Shown: positions 1 through 13,841, numbered from the stretch's first letter. The stretch is 64,000 nucleotides of DNA from Amoeboaphelidium protococcarum X5 (GCA_023515725.1 JALDTO010000288.1:1-64000); one strand, 5' to 3'. Program-made: numbers and translations. Notes: generated from the sequence alone by a model not told the origin.

Positions 1-234
1 TCATGAAACAAGCCTCTTGATCTTCGCGCGAAAAAAATGTTAGTTTTCTCGCTCTTTTCATGTTCACCACTAGTGGATCATTCATCTTAAAGCAGCAAGC
101 CGCGAGCAAACTTTCCAATTTTGTATTTTCCATTTTCGTTTAAGGGCATCACCGATCTACACAACTAATAAATTTTATTTATTCTGCTAATAATAATTGT
201 TGTCATCAATACGGTCGGTTAATTCAATATAAAT

Positions 235-1419
235 ATGATGTTTGAAGAGAGCAAGAAGGAGAAGCATAGCAGAGTTATCCAAGAGAGACTGGGCAAGATT
301 GAGAGTGATTTTAATTTGAGGAAGGATCAGCTCTTTCAGTAGGCACAGTCACTTCTACTGGCTGAATTGGATTCTTTAAATGCATCATATGCAGCTCCTC
401 TGAATGGGATTGATGGATACGGTAATGGGCATGGTGTTTCGTAATAATAATAACAGCAATAGTATCCTGCATCTTTGGAGAATTCACATATTCATCCGTT
501 GCTAAAGGCGAGACACAGAGACCTTGTCAGACAATATCATCAACAGGTGAAAGATGCCGAGGAGTGGAGAGCGTACTAGCTGGGCGTGTTGGAGAAGATG
601 CACAATAGTGATATTCAGTAGATTGAGGCGGAGTATTAGAGTGAACGCGATGGTCTCAAGGATCGACTCGTGAAGATGGTGGAGAGTAAACGTAAAAAGT
701 TGAGAGATGAACGCAATAATCTGGCTGTGGATGCTGATCTTAATTCTAGTCTGTTGGCGTCTTCTTTTATTGTGCATAATAGCAATCATCCTCAAAGCAA
801 TGGTAATCAGTTTGCATCTGGTTAGATTAATGGTGACGACTCTAGGCCTAATGCTGGCGGAGCATGGAATACTAGTAATGCATCATCTGCAGCAACACAG
901 GGTAGAAATGTTGGAAGTAGCTCTAGCAGTGTGGATAGTCACGATCTGAGCGTAGACTCTGCACTAGCTATTGGTAGATTTGAGGAGGAGAGACGGTTGT
1001 TGAGGAAGCGTAATAACGAGGAAATGGGGTAGTAGAACCAGGTTGGCGCCAATTAGTCCCTTCTGAATACTGTCTATGATTCTAATCCTTACAGTTACTC
1101 ATATGGTGATGCTGGTATTTCCAGTTTCATCTTTAAGGATGAGTTTGGAAGTGGTGGTGCTGGATTGGGAGGCGCGAATGGGTCCGGTGGTGGTGTCTCT
1201 GCTGCCACAGGGTCCTCTAGAAATAAGAAGGGTGGTACAGGTGCCCAGATGGCATGCCTACCGTTTATACTCAAAGACTCTGAGATTATGTCCGATTTTG
1301 AAATGATGAACCAGTCCGGAGTTGCGTCTATTGCCGTCAATGGATCTTCAGGTGCATTCGGTCAGTTGGGTGGTAATAATGTCAAGAAGGGATCGAGCAA
1401 GCGTATGAGGTACAGATGA
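235..1419 (+). CDS. Sds3/BRMS1-like Sin3-HDAC complex subunit (394 aa, code 6)
   Basis: Open ATG235-TGA1419 when TAR=Gln. Coiled-coil segment EEWRAYQLGVLEKMHNSDIQQIEAEYQSERDGLKDRLVKMVESKRKKLRDERNNL and C-terminal LKDSEIMSDF resemble the Sds3 family. Confidence 0.7.
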
Positions 1420-1603
1420 TTTTGGCATTTCCCGTTTACTCCTCAGTACAGTGCTGTTGATTGAGACTACCATGAGGTGATAGTGAACTGATTTGTGAAA
1501 ATGTTGAATATACTGACAATTAATCATGAATTGATAATATTTTTTCCCATTGAATATTCACAAATGAGTTATAAATTAGTAGATAGATGAAAGATTAGAT
1601 ACT

Positions 1604-3490
1604 TCACTATTACTGCTAGAGACAGTATGATGGTTCATCCACCTGACAGATGGCAGCACCAACTTTGGCATCGCATCCCTCTTCAGGTGTGGTGATAGCT
1701 CCAAATTAGCTCATCTGCAGGCATAATCCACCATAGTTACTTCCTTACCATGAGTTGATCCATGTTGACTGAGTGACACCACTAGAAGTTGAAACGTTGG
1801 CATTGTTGATAGGCTGGGATGGAATAACATTCTCAATGAGGTATAAACGCGTATCATTAGAATCGACATTTACCAGACAGTTGCCGTCATAAGAGGTGCA
1901 ATTCTACGAGCATGCATTGATGGCATCTTGGAAAGTGTAGTCACCTGTAACTTTATAGAAGCATGTTCCATTAGTTGGACTGGTTGAATTGCCGATACAG
2001 TTTTGACATACAGCAGAAGGACATGGCGCGGTATTGCATGCTTTACTCTCTTACAGATCAGATGGACAAGCTTCCCCGCCCAAGAAAGGGAATCTTATTA
2101 TCGACCTAGTTCTTGTTTGAGTACCGGAACCACAAGGAGCACTACACTCAGAGAATTCTGACCACTCAGACACTACGCAATCTTGTTTGCACTGGTATGG
2201 ACGAGATACCACAGTGTCGCCATTCTCAGTCCAGCTGAACAGCACAGCATTGTTGGCCAAACCAGTTCCAACCGGAATAGACTACGTGGCCGATGGAGAT
2301 GACGCCGCAGGAACAAACGCCTATCCAATGCGCTCACCACCCTCAGTAAACGATGAGCCACTAATAGCAGAAGCACCACTGCTAGGATTGAAGGTATTGT
2401 AAAGAACAACGAAGGTTTAGTTTAGGGACTGCACGACATATGGTCCACTTTCGATGAGATTAGTACCTGGATTCACTGCAATAGGAGCTCCTTGAGGAGC
2501 CAGATTGTTGTCATACAATTGAAAGTTGATCCTCGAAACAGAGTCGGATGATGTAGATGACCAACTGATAACAAATTTACCATTCGAGAGACCGGCAGCA
2601 GACGGGTTGATTTGAACAAACTCACTGAATGGATTAACTTGGAACGGAGATCCGATAGGAACACCATTAGAATCGTAGACACGAGCCATAACCGCTGACG
2701 CGGTACAACCATATTACGAAGACCAGGTAATAAGATTGAAGCCAGCAGATATTCCAACAACCTGCTAAGATGGAGTGACGTTGTCGCCAAGTGTGTTAAC
2801 GTTAAAACTCGACGATCTAGCAGTACCATCACTATTGAAGATTCTAGCATACAATTTACCACCGCCGATTCTGCCATCAGTACCAACGTCATAACTTATC
2901 CACGAAACAATAAAGCCATTTCTACCAGAATCTCCCTTTAGAGCAGCTACGGACGGGTACTAGTCTTGTCTGGTGGAATTTATATCATCATTCACCAAGC
3001 TCTCAGGACCAAGAGCTATTCCGTTGGCATCAAACAGCTGGAACAGGATTCTCTCATATCTTGGAACTGAAGATCCAGGAATCAAGGCAACCGAGCTCTA
3101 GTATACGATGACAAACCCGCCATTAGTCAGACCAGCAACAGATGGAATCTTTTGATCGAATACAGACACTGAGTTTACTTGAAACTGCGGAATGAGCACA
3201 GATACAGTTTATGAAGCCTAATCCAGCTGGTACACTGTTGCAAAAATACCGAGACCACTGCTGTCTTCACCAGAGACTTGAGCAGCGACAACAAATGCAT
3301 TGCCAACCTCTGCCTTGCTTCCAACACCTTTCGAGATATTGTACAGGGCAGTCGCAGAAGAGGAAGTAGCTGGAAACTGGCCAGACTGGAATACAAGCGT
3401 GTTATCTGTAGAACCATAGTTGCATACTTCCTACGCGCGAGCAAAGACCGCCAAAAGAGATGCTAATATAGAGACAGACTGTATGTGCAT
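1604..3490 (-). CDS. Secreted mosaic protein: signal peptide, ~5 bacterial-type beta-rich repeats, thrombospondin type 1 domain, C-type-lectin-like domain (628 aa)
   Basis: Signal peptide MHIQSVSILASLLAVFARA. Repeats FQVN...PSVAGLTNGGFVIVY / PSVAALKG..FIVSW / PSAAGLSNGKFVISW. TSP1 DCVVSEWSEFSECSAPCGSGTQTRTRSII...GGEACP...CNTAPC. Then TCFYKV...FQDAINAC...WINSW...C...AAICQ. Confidence 0.8.
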
Positions 3491-3854
3491 TCTCAACTCG
3501 CCCGGGATTGTCTTCAAAGTACTTAACTTAAAGAATGGATGGATGGGTGCAGCAAATTATAAGAGGTACTAGCAGCAGTAAAATAAACAACAATACTTGA
3601 GTTTAAGGTAGTGTCAAGAGCACACGCGCGTAAATTTCCCTTTTCAGAGTTGTTTCAACACATTTGTTTTGAGATTTGCGTGTGTCATTCTCACCTAAAG
3701 CGCGTTCGTAAATTTTCACAGTACATTGCGTGTGTGCTACCTTGTTTCAACCTTGTAACTCTCTCTCTCTAATTCGTCGATATTTTACAATCTTCCGACG
3801 TTTCATATATTCTTTTGAAGTGTTTGCGCGAAACTTTGGAATATTGTTAGTGTA

Positions 3855-4641
3855 ATGTCGGTGTTTATCGGAGGAAAGTTGGCTGAATTCACTGCTAACA
3901 GAGGTGGCACATTGTAAGTCTTCCAGCTCTGCATGCTGACCGATCATCACGTTTTGGGCCATAAATTGTAGTTTTGTTGAGCTGACAATAGTGGAGGTAT
4001 GTGAAAATGGAGAAGAGAATATACTGCAAATTGTAAAAAGTCAACGATCCATTGCTTAACACTAAAGAGGAGAATATAAATGTTACTTGGACTGTCCATT
4101 ATCACTGAAATTATCTATAGACAGAAAATTGCGATTCTACGCGGTGGTACGTGAAGTGTTAAGTCTTGGTCGATGTCCGGTTTATGGTTACTCTTATCAA
4201 GATTACAATCTCTAAAGTGAAGATGATGATCAAGTTGAGCTCTATTTCGACGTTGTTTCACCCGTGTTGGATGATTAACTGGACGATCTTCAGTATTGGC
4301 TACTGGGCATAAGTCCTGAATACGAATAGTTTGGACCAAACGCACCTCAAGGTCAACAGAAGTAGACGTGGACGAATTTTTCTAATCGAAGGCATTAATA
4401 AATCATACACAGAGGATAGGTTACTATATCATTAATGTTCCTCAGACAGAAGGATCTAACCAAATTAGACGATTCTATTTTAGGTGATATTGTTTCGCCT
4501 TCAGCAATTGAGACTAGCTAGCGCGCTCGGCCTTTAAATGCTGACCAATATGTTTAATAGACACCCACCGCGCCGTCATCTAAGAAGCAGAAAAACTCGT
4601 TATATGTAGCAAGACCTGGAATACTGAAATAATCATAATGA
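3855..4641 (+). CDS. Hypothetical protein, two exons (3855-3913, 3972-4641)
   Basis: ATG3855; GTAAGT donor at 3914, GCTGAC branch-like site and TGTAG acceptor at 3971. Splicing restores a frame open to TGA4641. No family recognised. Confidence 0.55.
3914..3971 (+). other. Spliceosomal intron, 58 nt
   Basis: GTAAGT...GCTGAC...TGTAG; removal joins the two exons in frame. Confidence 0.6.
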
Positions 4642-5070
4642 AATTGTCTAAACGTATTGTCTCTACCTAGCACTTTTTCTGGCCATTAAGTCTTATTTTG
4701 TGGACCGGTTATTGAGTCATTAGCGTTACGTAGCACCGAGTGATCGCGTGACCAACCGAAACGTTCTTTTTCCTGATCGACATGCTCAAACTCGTCTTCG
4801 CTCTCTCTTCCTTTCCCTTTCTTCTTCTCATTAATCACAAATCAATCAGCTTTTATTGTGATCCATTGACAGCAAATAAAGCGTTATTTGAGCACCGTAG
4901 ATTAAATATTTACTGTCACTATTTATTATTGCAATAGTGTCGATTATTCACAATCTAGCACTTTTTTCAATTGAGCTTATAGAAGGTGTGTAAAATATTC
5001 ATTTCTTATCGTTGCGTTTGCGTGAAAGATCAAAAATCATTGAATTTAATCGTTAAGAAGAAGAATAAGT

Positions 5071-7002
5071 ATGTAAGTGGAAGTAGGTAACAATATAAAC
5101 AGAAGCGGCGATAATAACGCTTAGCTTTCAAGTGCAATTTAAATGCCCGTTTCTTAATCTGCTGTTGTCAGATAGTAATAGTAATAATCATAAAAGTAGT
5201 AGTAGTAAGTGTCGTTGTAGTCGAAAGAGAGCTCGTCTTCTTCCGCCGACTCTTTTTCCGTTTCGTCGGATCTACAAAAGTTAGTGGGCGCCTTCGGTGG
5301 CGTAAAATCAATTGATTTATGCAAGGAGTTTATGAAGACAATTTGGACAGCTAAGGAATCTTCTTTTAAGCTGTAAGCTTTTCAGATTATTAATCGCACT
5401 AATAATCGCTCCATCTTACAGAAGCTGGTGGAATTTCGTCTCGCAGAGTTATTGAGAGTATGGCTACGTGATGCTATCAAGAATGATTTTTTGGATTTTG
5501 TGAATATTGCTCTAGATGTGTCTCGAAAGTTACCACTTAATACGGAGTAGGTGAAAGATATTGGTAAGGTTGTTAAAGTGTCTCTTTCTAAACACGAAAA
5601 CTTGGCTATTCGGGATAAAGCTCAAGACTTGCTTTCTTATTGGCTTTCTGTTGCCGCAAAGTCGTCTTCATCATCTCAAACTCTGTAATCTTAATAACTA
5701 GAAGAACAACAGCTTAGTGGAGGTATTGTTCGTGGCGAAGGTAAAGCATCTTAATCAAAGGTCTCAGTCAGCGCCACATCTCCATCGGCAGCATTAGCGT
5801 CACCTAACTCTCCGACTGATGTGAAGAGTAAAGTTGCTTCTGCCAAATACAATGATGTTGATATCTTTAATACACTTGATATTCTTGAACCTCGTAAGAA
5901 ACCAAAGTTGATGTCCGGTAATGTGCCGGAGAGTAAATCGGTTGGCGTGAAGGATGTTAATCAATCCGCAGGATCTTCCACTGCGTAGTAGTAGTCATCG
6001 TCTTTATCATAAACAGGATCTAACGCGTAAAAGAGCGCAGTACCTGCAGTTCCATAGAAGCCTAAAAAGACTGTCAGATGGAAGCCAGATAGTTAGCTGT
6101 GCACTATTCATGAGATTGAGCGAATTGATTATTATGGTGGTAAGGCGGCTCAGTCATCTCTTAAAGATATGGATAAGTCTGAAGGTTCTGCTATTAAACG
6201 CGGATTTGTCGATGATGGTGGAGATTCCTCTGCGCCTTAAGGTGGTGATATAAAGTCGAATTCGGGCGAATAAGTGACGTCTTAAGTGGGAAATAATCCT
6301 GTCTAGGCTGCTTCAGGTGTTGATGTCAGCTCTTTGTTAACTACAATCACTGGAAATTCACAATTTAAAGATATTCTATCTCAGTTCATTCCCCCGTCTT
6401 CTTCGTAATCTTCGTAGAATCAGCAAGCAACTGCCGCTGTATAGCCTCAGGCAATGTAACCGCAGTATTTATAGTCGATGCCTCATCCGCAACTTTCTTA
6501 GATCTACAATGGAAATCCTCCTGGTCCTTAGCATGTACAGCAATAGTATCCAAATGTGGCGACACCGAGTACCAACGTGTATGGGTACTAGTATCCTCAG
6601 GTTGGATAATATAACTAGTTTGGTAATGGTCTGGGTGCGCAGCCTTTTGTAATGTAATAGTAACAGATGTTATAACAACAACCTTTGTAGCAACAGACGT
6701 AGCAAATGATGTATTAATAGAACTATCATCATCACCATCAGCCCAATTAGCAACCTTAATCTCAACAATCTGTCGACCAGGCCGCGTTTTAACTTCCGCC
6801 TGAACTGATGCAAAACCTTACAACAATATTGTAGACTGTCGGAACGGTCACTGATGGGTAGAAAAGTACAAGTGGCGTGGTCAACGCGTAAAGTGGTTAG
6901 TAATAGTAACATTAACATCATTAGAAGAGGCGAGATGGAAAGTCATAGTCTGGTCATAAAAATAAGAATGCGAAAAAGTAGAAATAACTGTAATAATAAT
7001 GA
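5071..7002 (+). CDS. PNUTS/PPP1R10-like PP1 regulatory subunit (TFIIS N-terminal domain + RVxW motif, Gln-rich tail)
   Basis: LLRVWLRDA...RKLPLNTEQVKDIGKVVK...IRDKAQDLLSYW (TFIIS-N/LW domain). PP1-docking KKTVRWKPDSQLCTIHEIE from 6064. Alternative start ATG5143. Confidence 0.7.
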
Positions 7003-7110
7003 CACTCTACAGAAATATGAAATATACTACTACCATTATGAGAATAAATTTATGCCAAATTCGTTTATTTATTTTGTCTTCACTTCTACTTCATTAATAT
7101 TATCGTTTTA

Positions 7111-9087
7111 TCAAATTTTGGAAATTCCAACACGCTCCATTGCAATTTTCTGCGCACGAACAGCCTCCAGGCCCATCAAAGTGTTCTGGGCATCCATCGG
7201 ACCTCGCACCACCTTCAACGCTTTCTCATACATTCTAATAGCATCGTCAATCTTATTCTGGGATGTCAGCAACTACGCGTAATGCATATACGCCAAATCA
7301 CATTTTGGATCCAGCTCCAACACCTTCAGAACCAACTCTTCACTACCAGCCATATCGCCACTAATGTGAGATAGAACGATGGCTTTATTCAGATAGGCCA
7401 TAGCCATGTCTGGCTTAAGCTAAATAGCCTTATCGAAACACTTGATCGCCTCTGCCACATTTTCTGCCTCTAGCATCAGTTCACCGCGATAGTAATAAAT
7501 ATCTGCGCACTGAGGATACTCCTTCACCAACTGATCGAATAATCTCTCAGCCTTCTTTGGAGAAGAATCGCGAGACTCAATCACAGCGCGTTGAATACGA
7601 GCATAGATGGCAGGCATGGAGTCTTACAGATCTTAAAACTGTGTTCCATACAGAGCAGTTGCCTTCAGATACAGCTCCTTGGCTGACTTGGTCTCCTGCA
7701 GCAGAAAATGGATCTGTGCACGATGATAATACCAATCTGGATCTTCCAGTTCAGCCTTAGCCATGGCCTGCTCAAAAAGAGATTGAGAAGCTTCAATACA
7801 CTTTGAATCATTAGCAATCTCAACCTGCATACTAGCCAATTTGATCATGGAATTCATATACAACTGTTTGATAGGCAACTCCATAGACAACTTTGACACC
7901 AGTTCAATGGACGCTTGCAAATTACTCTGCGCCAGATGTAACTTACCAGCCAAATACTGCAAAGTACCCATAATATTCAAATACATGCTATGCAAATAAG
8001 CATCAGTAAACTTGCCCACCTAATTACTCAATGATTATGCCTAAGTAAGAGCTATATCCAAATTCTTCTCCTGGAACTGCTAGACTAAATCAATTGTTAA
8101 CATCTCTGGTGAGTTAGCTTCAACCCCAGTGCCCTCAGACATGTACGCCTAAATCTGGTCTTTAGTCAGATAATTGTAACTATAAGAATTGAGATACGCA
8201 TTCAAGAAAGTGCTTGAAGGCAGCTCCAAAGCATTAGTATCCTCCCCATCGACGGCGGCCTCGACTGACTACTTTGGAGAAAACATCTCAACGGCTTCCA
8301 ACTCGGCAAGCTTTCTCAACACGCGATCTGCAGACTCCATCAAGTGCTGTGACTGGAACTTCTCCAGAAAACATGCAGTGGTATAATCAGCCAGACAGTC
8401 ATGAAGACGACCCTCCTTCTCCAGAATTTAAGCGCGACGAATCAGGCCTTTGACGTACGTGGAATCGCACTTGAGAGCCAAATCGCAATCCTCAATGGCC
8501 TTCGCATTCTCTTTCAACGCGGCGTAACACGCAGCTCTATTACCATAAAATATCGCGCATGCATGAGTGACAGGGGAAACATCCTTCTCTGTCTAATAGA
8601 CATTGATTGCCTGGGTATAACTCTCAATAGCCGTCTGATAATCCTTCGCAGAGAATGCAACATTGCCTTCATTCTTGTACTTTAACGCGGCACTCTTCTT
8701 ATCCTCTTCACTCAACGCTGCTGTAATTTTACTGCTCTCTTCCACAGTATCTTATTCAACTATAGCAACAGACTCTACAGCATTAGGGGCTGCATCATCC
8801 TATGGTTCTTCCACTTGAGGCTCAGTCTACTCTTACTGATCGCCAGACTCCATCTATAATTCAGAGAGATCCTATTCCGCCTACTTTTTCATATCACTAC
8901 CGCGCTTCTTTAACCATTTTCTACCAGGACCCTTGTAAAAGTAATACCCAGTGCCGGCAATGGCCATACCACCAGAGGCAAGCAAAATCACTTTGTAATG
9001 ATCCTTCACCCAGTCGCGAAATGACTAAGTCCAAGTAATCTCCTAAGACAGTAATGGATGATTTTCCACAATTACAGATTAATCCAT
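7111..9087 (-). CDS. TOM70: Mitochondrial import receptor Tom70 (TPR protein)
   Basis: N-terminal anchor VILLASGMAIAGTGYYFY. TPR clamp KNEGNVAFSAKDYQTAIESYTQAI...FYGNRAACY...YVKGLIRRA. Further TPRs such as DPDWYYHRAQIHFLL. Confidence 0.85.
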
Positions 9088-9855
9088 TCCAATATATTAT
9101 TGAAAATATCTCTAATAAATTTTTTTGATTTAATTATTAATCGCGTTAGGATAGATAGAAAAGAATTAACCCCACGTCACACAAAAGAGAAAACGTGTAA
9201 AGAAGTGCTGCTCCCAGGAGAGATGAAGCGAAAGTAGACTCATCAAATCACATAGTCACCCCATACCTTGTAAAGGTGCGGTGTACCATGGTCAAATGGC
9301 GCGTTCTACTTACCATAAATTTAGTTTAAATTCAAATAGCCATAAGTTTAGATTTGGACTAGGCATTCATGAGAGCGCGTTATTGAAATATGACCATCAG
9401 ATTTAGAGGGATATAGAACAGGATCTTCAACCGCGGGATCACTCCGACATGAGTCGAATTGAATTCATAGTAGGTAGTGATTATATCAATGGCGTAAACT
9501 ATGTAATTCCTTTTTTATTACCTCATGCTGCAGCGATATTGATTAATCTCAATGTCTTGTAATAGTTGCGTCACTTTCTTTTAATATACAGTACTAAAAC
9601 TAGCTGGCTGACTGTATGAGGTCAATTTAATTGATTGATTGATTCTTAAGGGGCTGATCGAGCAACGCCAGTTTTGCTATGCTGCTGCGGCCTCTTCTTT
9701 CACCTACGCTAATCTAATATATATTATCATCATCACTACATATATTAGTCTTATAATATTCGTGTCTTTTGTATACTACTTTACATTGACACTCTTCAGA
9801 ATTTGTGATTACCTCGTAAGATTTCACATTGTATAGAAAGATATCATTTTAGGAT

Positions 9856-11580
9856 ATGCTTGGACATAGTGATGATGGTAACTTGTTGTCGGTGGCTGTG
9901 GCTCTGTACGATTATGAAGCCACAGAGATGGATCATCTGTCATTTTGTATGGGCGATAGAATAGTGGTGGCTATGAAGGATGAAAGCGGTTGGTGGAGTG
10001 GATACAAAGAGGATGATCCTAGCTGTACTACTGGATGGTTTCCCGCTAATTATGTTGAGGAAGTGGATGGATCATTGACGCGTCAATTGTCTTCAATGAA
10101 TATTAACTCACAAGATTCATAGTCTTAGAATACTGCTGGATAGTAGTAGTATAAGCACCTTTATTAATAGCAGTAGTAATAAACTTCATCTACTAATCTA
10201 CCAGAAGGTACCAAGACGGCGCATCCAGATTACGTGCAATATTTCGCTGAAGATGGAACTCCTTTCTACGTCAATATTGTGACTAATGAAAGTGTATGGG
10301 AGCTGCCTACTACGCCAGATTCCCCGCTGAATAATCCTAATAATCAATACAAAGTCCTCAGTCCACCATCTTCTGTGATTGATGTGCCATTTCTATCACT
10401 AAGTGATTAGCCGCCACCATAATATCAACTCCCGCAATTGTCTTCATCCAATGCTGATGGCCAAAAGTCTAGTGGAGCAGCAGGAGGTGGTGATTTTGTG
10501 CACAAGATTCCGCTGAGTAGAATTGCGCATAATAAAAAGAAGCGCCTGTCCAATGCTAGTGAGTTTAGTCAATTCTCATTATCATCGTCATCTGCAGCTG
10601 TGAAGACGTCCACCCTTGATAAGATTCCACCATCTCCCACGTCGTCAGTGAAGAATCTGAGTTTTACCGATCCGCATCCAGTGCCTTAACTGCATGGTGG
10701 CAAGTATGGTTATCGTAATAATTTTACATCGGATAATCCCAAGAATCCTCAATAATCAGGATTTGATATCTTGGTACTGAAGCACAGAAATGGAAAGGAG
10801 GTGTGTAAGGATATCGCTGCATTCATGGCTGAGCGTGCGCGTATTGAAGATGAATATGCCAAGCAGCTGATGCTTCTTGCAAAGAGTCAGTTTGGCAGTC
10901 AAGAGTCTGGAACGTTGAAAACTGCTTGGAACCAGCTCAAGTTTGATGTGGAGAATCAGGCTCAGTCGAGAAAGGTGTTCTCTGAACAGTTGACCAAGGA
11001 TGTGTATCAGGAGGTGATGAAGTTCAAGGATGGTCAAAAGAAGACGCGTAAAGACTATGAGGCCACTATGGCTCAGGATCGCAAGAGCCTTCTGGAAAAG
11101 TTCAGAAAAGCTCAGCGGACTCGAGAAGCGTATCTGTAAAAGTGCCGCGATGCTGAAGTTGCAGATGCTCTTGTTAGTAGAGGATAGCTGGCTAATATGA
11201 CGCGTAAAGACTTTTAAAAGTTGGAGGACAACGCGCGTAAAGAGAGGAAGAAGGCGTCAATTGCAGCGTTTGATTACCGCACCGCTGTCAAAGAGTTTGA
11301 AGATATGCGTGTGCAGTTTGAGGAGGATAACAACAATGCAGCGATAGATTTTGAATCTGCAGAGTATGATAGAATCGAGTTCCTGAAAGTTGTGTTGCAA
11401 AACTATTTGACTGCGCAGCGTCAGGTGAATGACAAGTGCAAGGACAGCAGTGAGATGTGTTCAAGCAGTATCGAAAGTGTCAGCGGCGCCGTGGACATTG
11501 AGCTCTTTGTAAAATCCAAGTTCACTGGCTGCACTTCAGTGCCGCACCTGGAGTTTGAGCAGTACAAGAATTATTTTTGA
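9856..11580 (+). CDS. SH3-WW-F-BAR protein (GAS7-like architecture)
   Basis: SH3 ALYDYEA...GWWSG...GWFPANYVEE. WW YVQYFAEDGTPFYVNIVTNESVWELP. C-terminal F-BAR GFDILVLKHRNGKEVCKDIAAFMAERARIEDEYAKQL...ESGTLKTAW. Confidence 0.85.
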
Positions 11581-11747
11581 ATATATTAATTTTGAATAGT
11601 TGAATTATGATTTTTGGTCTTCTTACTCTTCACTGCAGTTTTTTCTCTTTGTTGCTATGATATCATACTGATCTAACGTATAGATTATTAGTAGTGTATA
11701 CCTTCTGTATAAATTTCCATTAGAATTAATAAAAATATAGATATCTA

Positions 11748-13841
11748 ATGTAGAGGGGAAAAGTGCGCCCATATCCTTATTATCGCTTTGTCGATGAGGT
11801 GGAATATGGCTTCCATGGGGCTGCGCTGTACAATTAAGAGAAGAAGCAATTTGAATTTCTGCATAACATGAGTGAAGATGAATGCAGGCGTGTAAAGCAC
11901 TTTGGCCCTACGCGATATCTATCACCTGCTATACATACATGGTGCCCATCTAATTCTGTTATGATCCGCGTATATGGTCTATATAAAGATTTGAGCCAGC
12001 GAAGAAATATCGACCTGGAGATGCTCACAGATCTTGTCAAAGATGATTATAAGATGCCTCAGTATCTTCCTTTCGGATCACCTGCTGTTATGATCAATGT
12101 TAGTAGTGCAGAGAGGCAATATCGGCTGTACGCTTTCGGTATGGGAGAATGCTTGTATGGTGTATTACTGCCTGCGGATAGTCTGGATCGAACCGTTTCC
12201 AATGTGTAGCTATTGAGAAACTATCGAGCGAAAATTACTCACCTCCTCATACCTGGTGATTGTCTGCGATTAAATGAATTTATCGTATGTACAGTGACCG
12301 GCCAAATGTACAATTGTCGTGTCAACTTGAGCGAGCAGTTTGATATAACTATTACATCGATGGCGGTTAAACATGAACTTGATGGAGTACCTGTGGATGT
12401 CATTATGGATAATCATTGTTAGGATACGCTGATATATGTCACCTCTGCTAATAAGCTCTTTCTTTATGATTTGGAGATCAATGATTATGAGTACGCGACT
12501 ACAGTAGGTGCGCATGATGAATTTGTAATTAGAGTGTGTGCTACTTCGATCCCTCAAGTTTATCTTGTGGCCACTTTGCGTAAGATTTATATGGTTGACT
12601 GGCGACAGGAGGCTACATGTTCTATATTTTATGAGAGTCTAATGGATATTCATGACATTTAACAACTTGGACCGCTTAATGATCTATTTGTGGTATCCAC
12701 TGGTCGATATCTGCTGGTACTGAGTATATAATGTCCGGGAGTTCATTTAATTCGGTGGCCCATCCGGTTGGGTAATATTGAGCGTGAAGTTCATCCATTT
12801 AGCAATTCTGCTTTTGAACGCGATATACCTCATATAGTTGACGAAAAATATCCTTGGAGACCGGCCAGGTATGGAAAGTATATGATTCGCTGGCTGAGGA
12901 CGGGAAACTTTTATTAAATTTTTGTTTTTTAGTGTGGAGATTTTGCTGAACACTCTAGCGTTATGATCTATCCATTCAAATATAAGCCTGTTGGTGGTAG
13001 TTTACACGCATTTAGTCCCAAAGGTATTGACATCCCTTTTGAAAGGTCCTGGTAGAAGAAAAGTGTGTACTTGGCTGACGTTTATGGTTACTTGTCGCAC
13101 AGTAAATGGGAAGATTTGAGCGAGTTTCCTCTAATTTACGATTTGAATGTATTTGAATCAACTCCAGGATCTGGTACAGACTTGGAACTGATGTATTTCA
13201 TGTCGGATGGATCTATCATAACTAGAAAACTGAATAATGGTGAATCCGAGTCATAATATGTAAATTTTAGACCCTGTGAGGAGGAGTTGCCTGTTGATCT
13301 GCAGCATGATGATATCGAGGTGAATGTCAAAGATTTCTTTGTGGAAAGTGTGCTATTGAAAGATTATAATTAGATGTGTTTGATGGATAAAGTGACACCT
13401 GTTCCATAACTAAATAACTTGTCAGAGGCCTGTCAGGTGCTGGAGTCTTTCTGGGGTTCGCCACTGTTGGGTGAATAAAGCACCGACAATGTGCCGTCTT
13501 GGATGCAGCAAGGTGAACATCAGGTGGTTAGTGATGATCAGTAAGATGCTGCCACCACTGACAATGAGCAGTATTATTCGCAGACGGAGCCTGAAGATAA
13601 CCGTGATTCAGAGTTGGACATTGGTGTGTTTAGCTACATGAATCTACCCGTTAACGCCAGTCAAGAGTCATCGAGTAGCAATCTACCTGGTAGTTAGTTA
13701 AACACACTACCAAGCACTTCTCTACCTTAAAGTTCATCGTCGTCGATGCTTGCTCCATAATCACTTACCTCTAATCAAATATCAAGCCCATTATCGAGTA
13801 AGAAGACTCCTTAGAAGAAGAGGAAATCTGGCTTTAAATGA
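11748..13841 (+). CDS. Probable RNA polymerase I core factor subunit, Rrn6/TAF1C-like (beta-propeller)
   Basis: 697-aa ORF under code 6 with a beta-rich middle region, a Ser/Gln-rich tail and C-terminal KKRKSGFK, as in Rrn6/TAF1C termini. Confidence 0.5.

Noticed and set aside
9190-9470. Possible structured ncRNA upstream of TOM70
   Set aside because: No match to U1/U2/U4/U5/U6, tRNA or 5S that I could recognise; only tiny hairpins. An Infernal/Rfam scan would be needed.
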